Shown one piece after another: positions 62,840 to 64,000 of a stretch of 64,000 bases of DNA. The DNA comes from Tubiluchus corallicola (lineage: Eukaryota; Animalia; Priapulida), in assembly GCA_030141605.1 (NCBI GenBank), contig JAQGDQ010000203.1, positions 186,001 through 250,000 on the forward strand, in the 5' to 3' direction. The notes under the pieces were generated by a model. That model was not told where the DNA came from, did not search any database, and worked only from the letters and a program-made list of their open reading frames with translations. Numbering within the stretch: position 1 is the stretch's first letter; the number at the start of each line of letters is the position of its first letter. Made by a program: the position numbers and the translations under genes.

Positions 62840-63480
62840 AGGATCAGCCAAAGCCACAGTACTAGGGTTAGGTCCGCTGTGTGGTGTGATTCAAGACCAT
62901 CTTGCTTTTGTGCGATATCTATCTATGAAAATACCTCGGCATTACCTTTCATTTGATGTATTACAAGCTACTATTCAACAGAATGTGTGAGCATTTTGTC
63001 TGTTTGGCTCCTCAATTTCACTCCTAGCGATGTTCTGTGTCAACCAATCTGGTCGCAGCTCATATTATTGAATCCATGGCATGATTGTCATTGAGGCCTT
63101 TCATTTGATACATTACGACCTACTGTTTTCCCGCACTCAGCCGTTCACTAGATTTCAACCTCCTAGCCACATAACCAAAAATTGTAAGAGGAGACCCAGC
63201 CTAAAGAGATTATAGGAAACCCACTGCGTGACCTTTGACCCAGGTGACTGGTCATATACAGACATAAATCCCCCTGTCTGGCGATTGCGCTCTGAGAGCT
63301 TCGTGAGCCTTGCCCTCTATGTTTGCGAGTTATTAAAAGAAACACAAAGGCCGAAGAGTAAATAAGCAAAAAACGTGGTAGGCCGAAGAGTAGATAAGCA
63401 AAAAAACGGGGTAAGTCAACAAATTAAAGTACTTTAAGTAATGCATGATATCACAAGCTGAAGTGTTTCACCTGAGATTC
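62840..63480. mobile_element. Diverged relative of the HINE-like element at 2405-5310
   Basis: Shares CCTTTCATTTGAT (about 62945 and 63098), CTAGCCACATA.CCAAA and TGACCTTTGACC motifs in the same order. A 32-bp tandem duplication, AGGCCGAAGAGTA(A/G)ATAAGCAAAAAAC, occurs at 63348 and 63380. Confidence 0.55.
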
Positions 63481-64000
63481 CTGCAATATCCCTTTCATCA
63501 TGCCGTCTAACTAATTGCAGCTTTAATTATTAACATTGCAATGGGAAACTCATTAATTAGTAATCAAGGTTTGTTAACTGAACAACGCCTAATTGATGTG
63601 CAATTGCTAAACAATTGTTGTGTTGCTCACACCTACGAGGGTTATTAATTACGTGACAGGCTTTAGGTTGAGAGAGAGGCTATGTATCTAGCCCTGAGAA
63701 ACCATAATAGATTATTAGCTCAACGTTCGGCGCGAGGTAGGCTTTTATAGTGGTTATCTTTGATTAATATTTCTGGCTTAGTACTAGCGGTTTACTGTGT
63801 TTTCACTTCGCGTTGATTTATTTTCAGTGAATAAAATTCCAGACCATCCAGCTGATTAGTTATTGCCGGTTTTAATAATGTTTAAACCTTCTAATGACTA
63901 CCACATAAATTAAAACTTAAAGGAAAGCCAGAACTCATCTTAAACTATAGCTCAAAACAATCTACCCTATAATAATAATATTGAAAGGAAACATACTATT

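Overview
AT-rich, intron-rich animal (probably bilaterian invertebrate) genomic DNA with no prokaryotic features, CRISPR arrays or RNA genes that I can see. I assembled four protein-coding genes by hand, using GT-AG boundaries and phase checks. (1) A 5'-partial RAD54L2/ARIP4 SNF2 helicase (+, 493-19064, 18 exons in the window). (2) A complete arsenite methyltransferase AS3MT (-, 35171-23793, 9 coding exons, 403 aa) with an expanded Cys-rich tail. (3) A complete PPM1H-like PP2C phosphatase (+, 36598-52749, 10 exons, 499 aa), head-to-head with AS3MT. (4) An unidentified acidic protein with 12-aa repeats (+, from 54332). Introns and UTRs carry many transposon relics: a Helentron/HINE-like element with a 149-bp tandem array, hAT (Buster-type), Kolobok-like and pogo/Tigger-like non-autonomous elements, two decayed CR1/L2-group LINEs placed back to back, and an RTE fragment with a TSD. 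The most interesting signal is in the short shared AS3MT/PPM1H promoter. It holds an overlapping E-box + antioxidant response element + metal response element (TCACGTGACAATGCACAC), resembling the USF/ARE composite of the mouse metallothionein-I promoter, with a strong CTCF-like site between it and PPM1H. Together with the metallothionein-like AS3MT tail, this suggests an inducible metalloid detoxification module; that is an inference and is untested.
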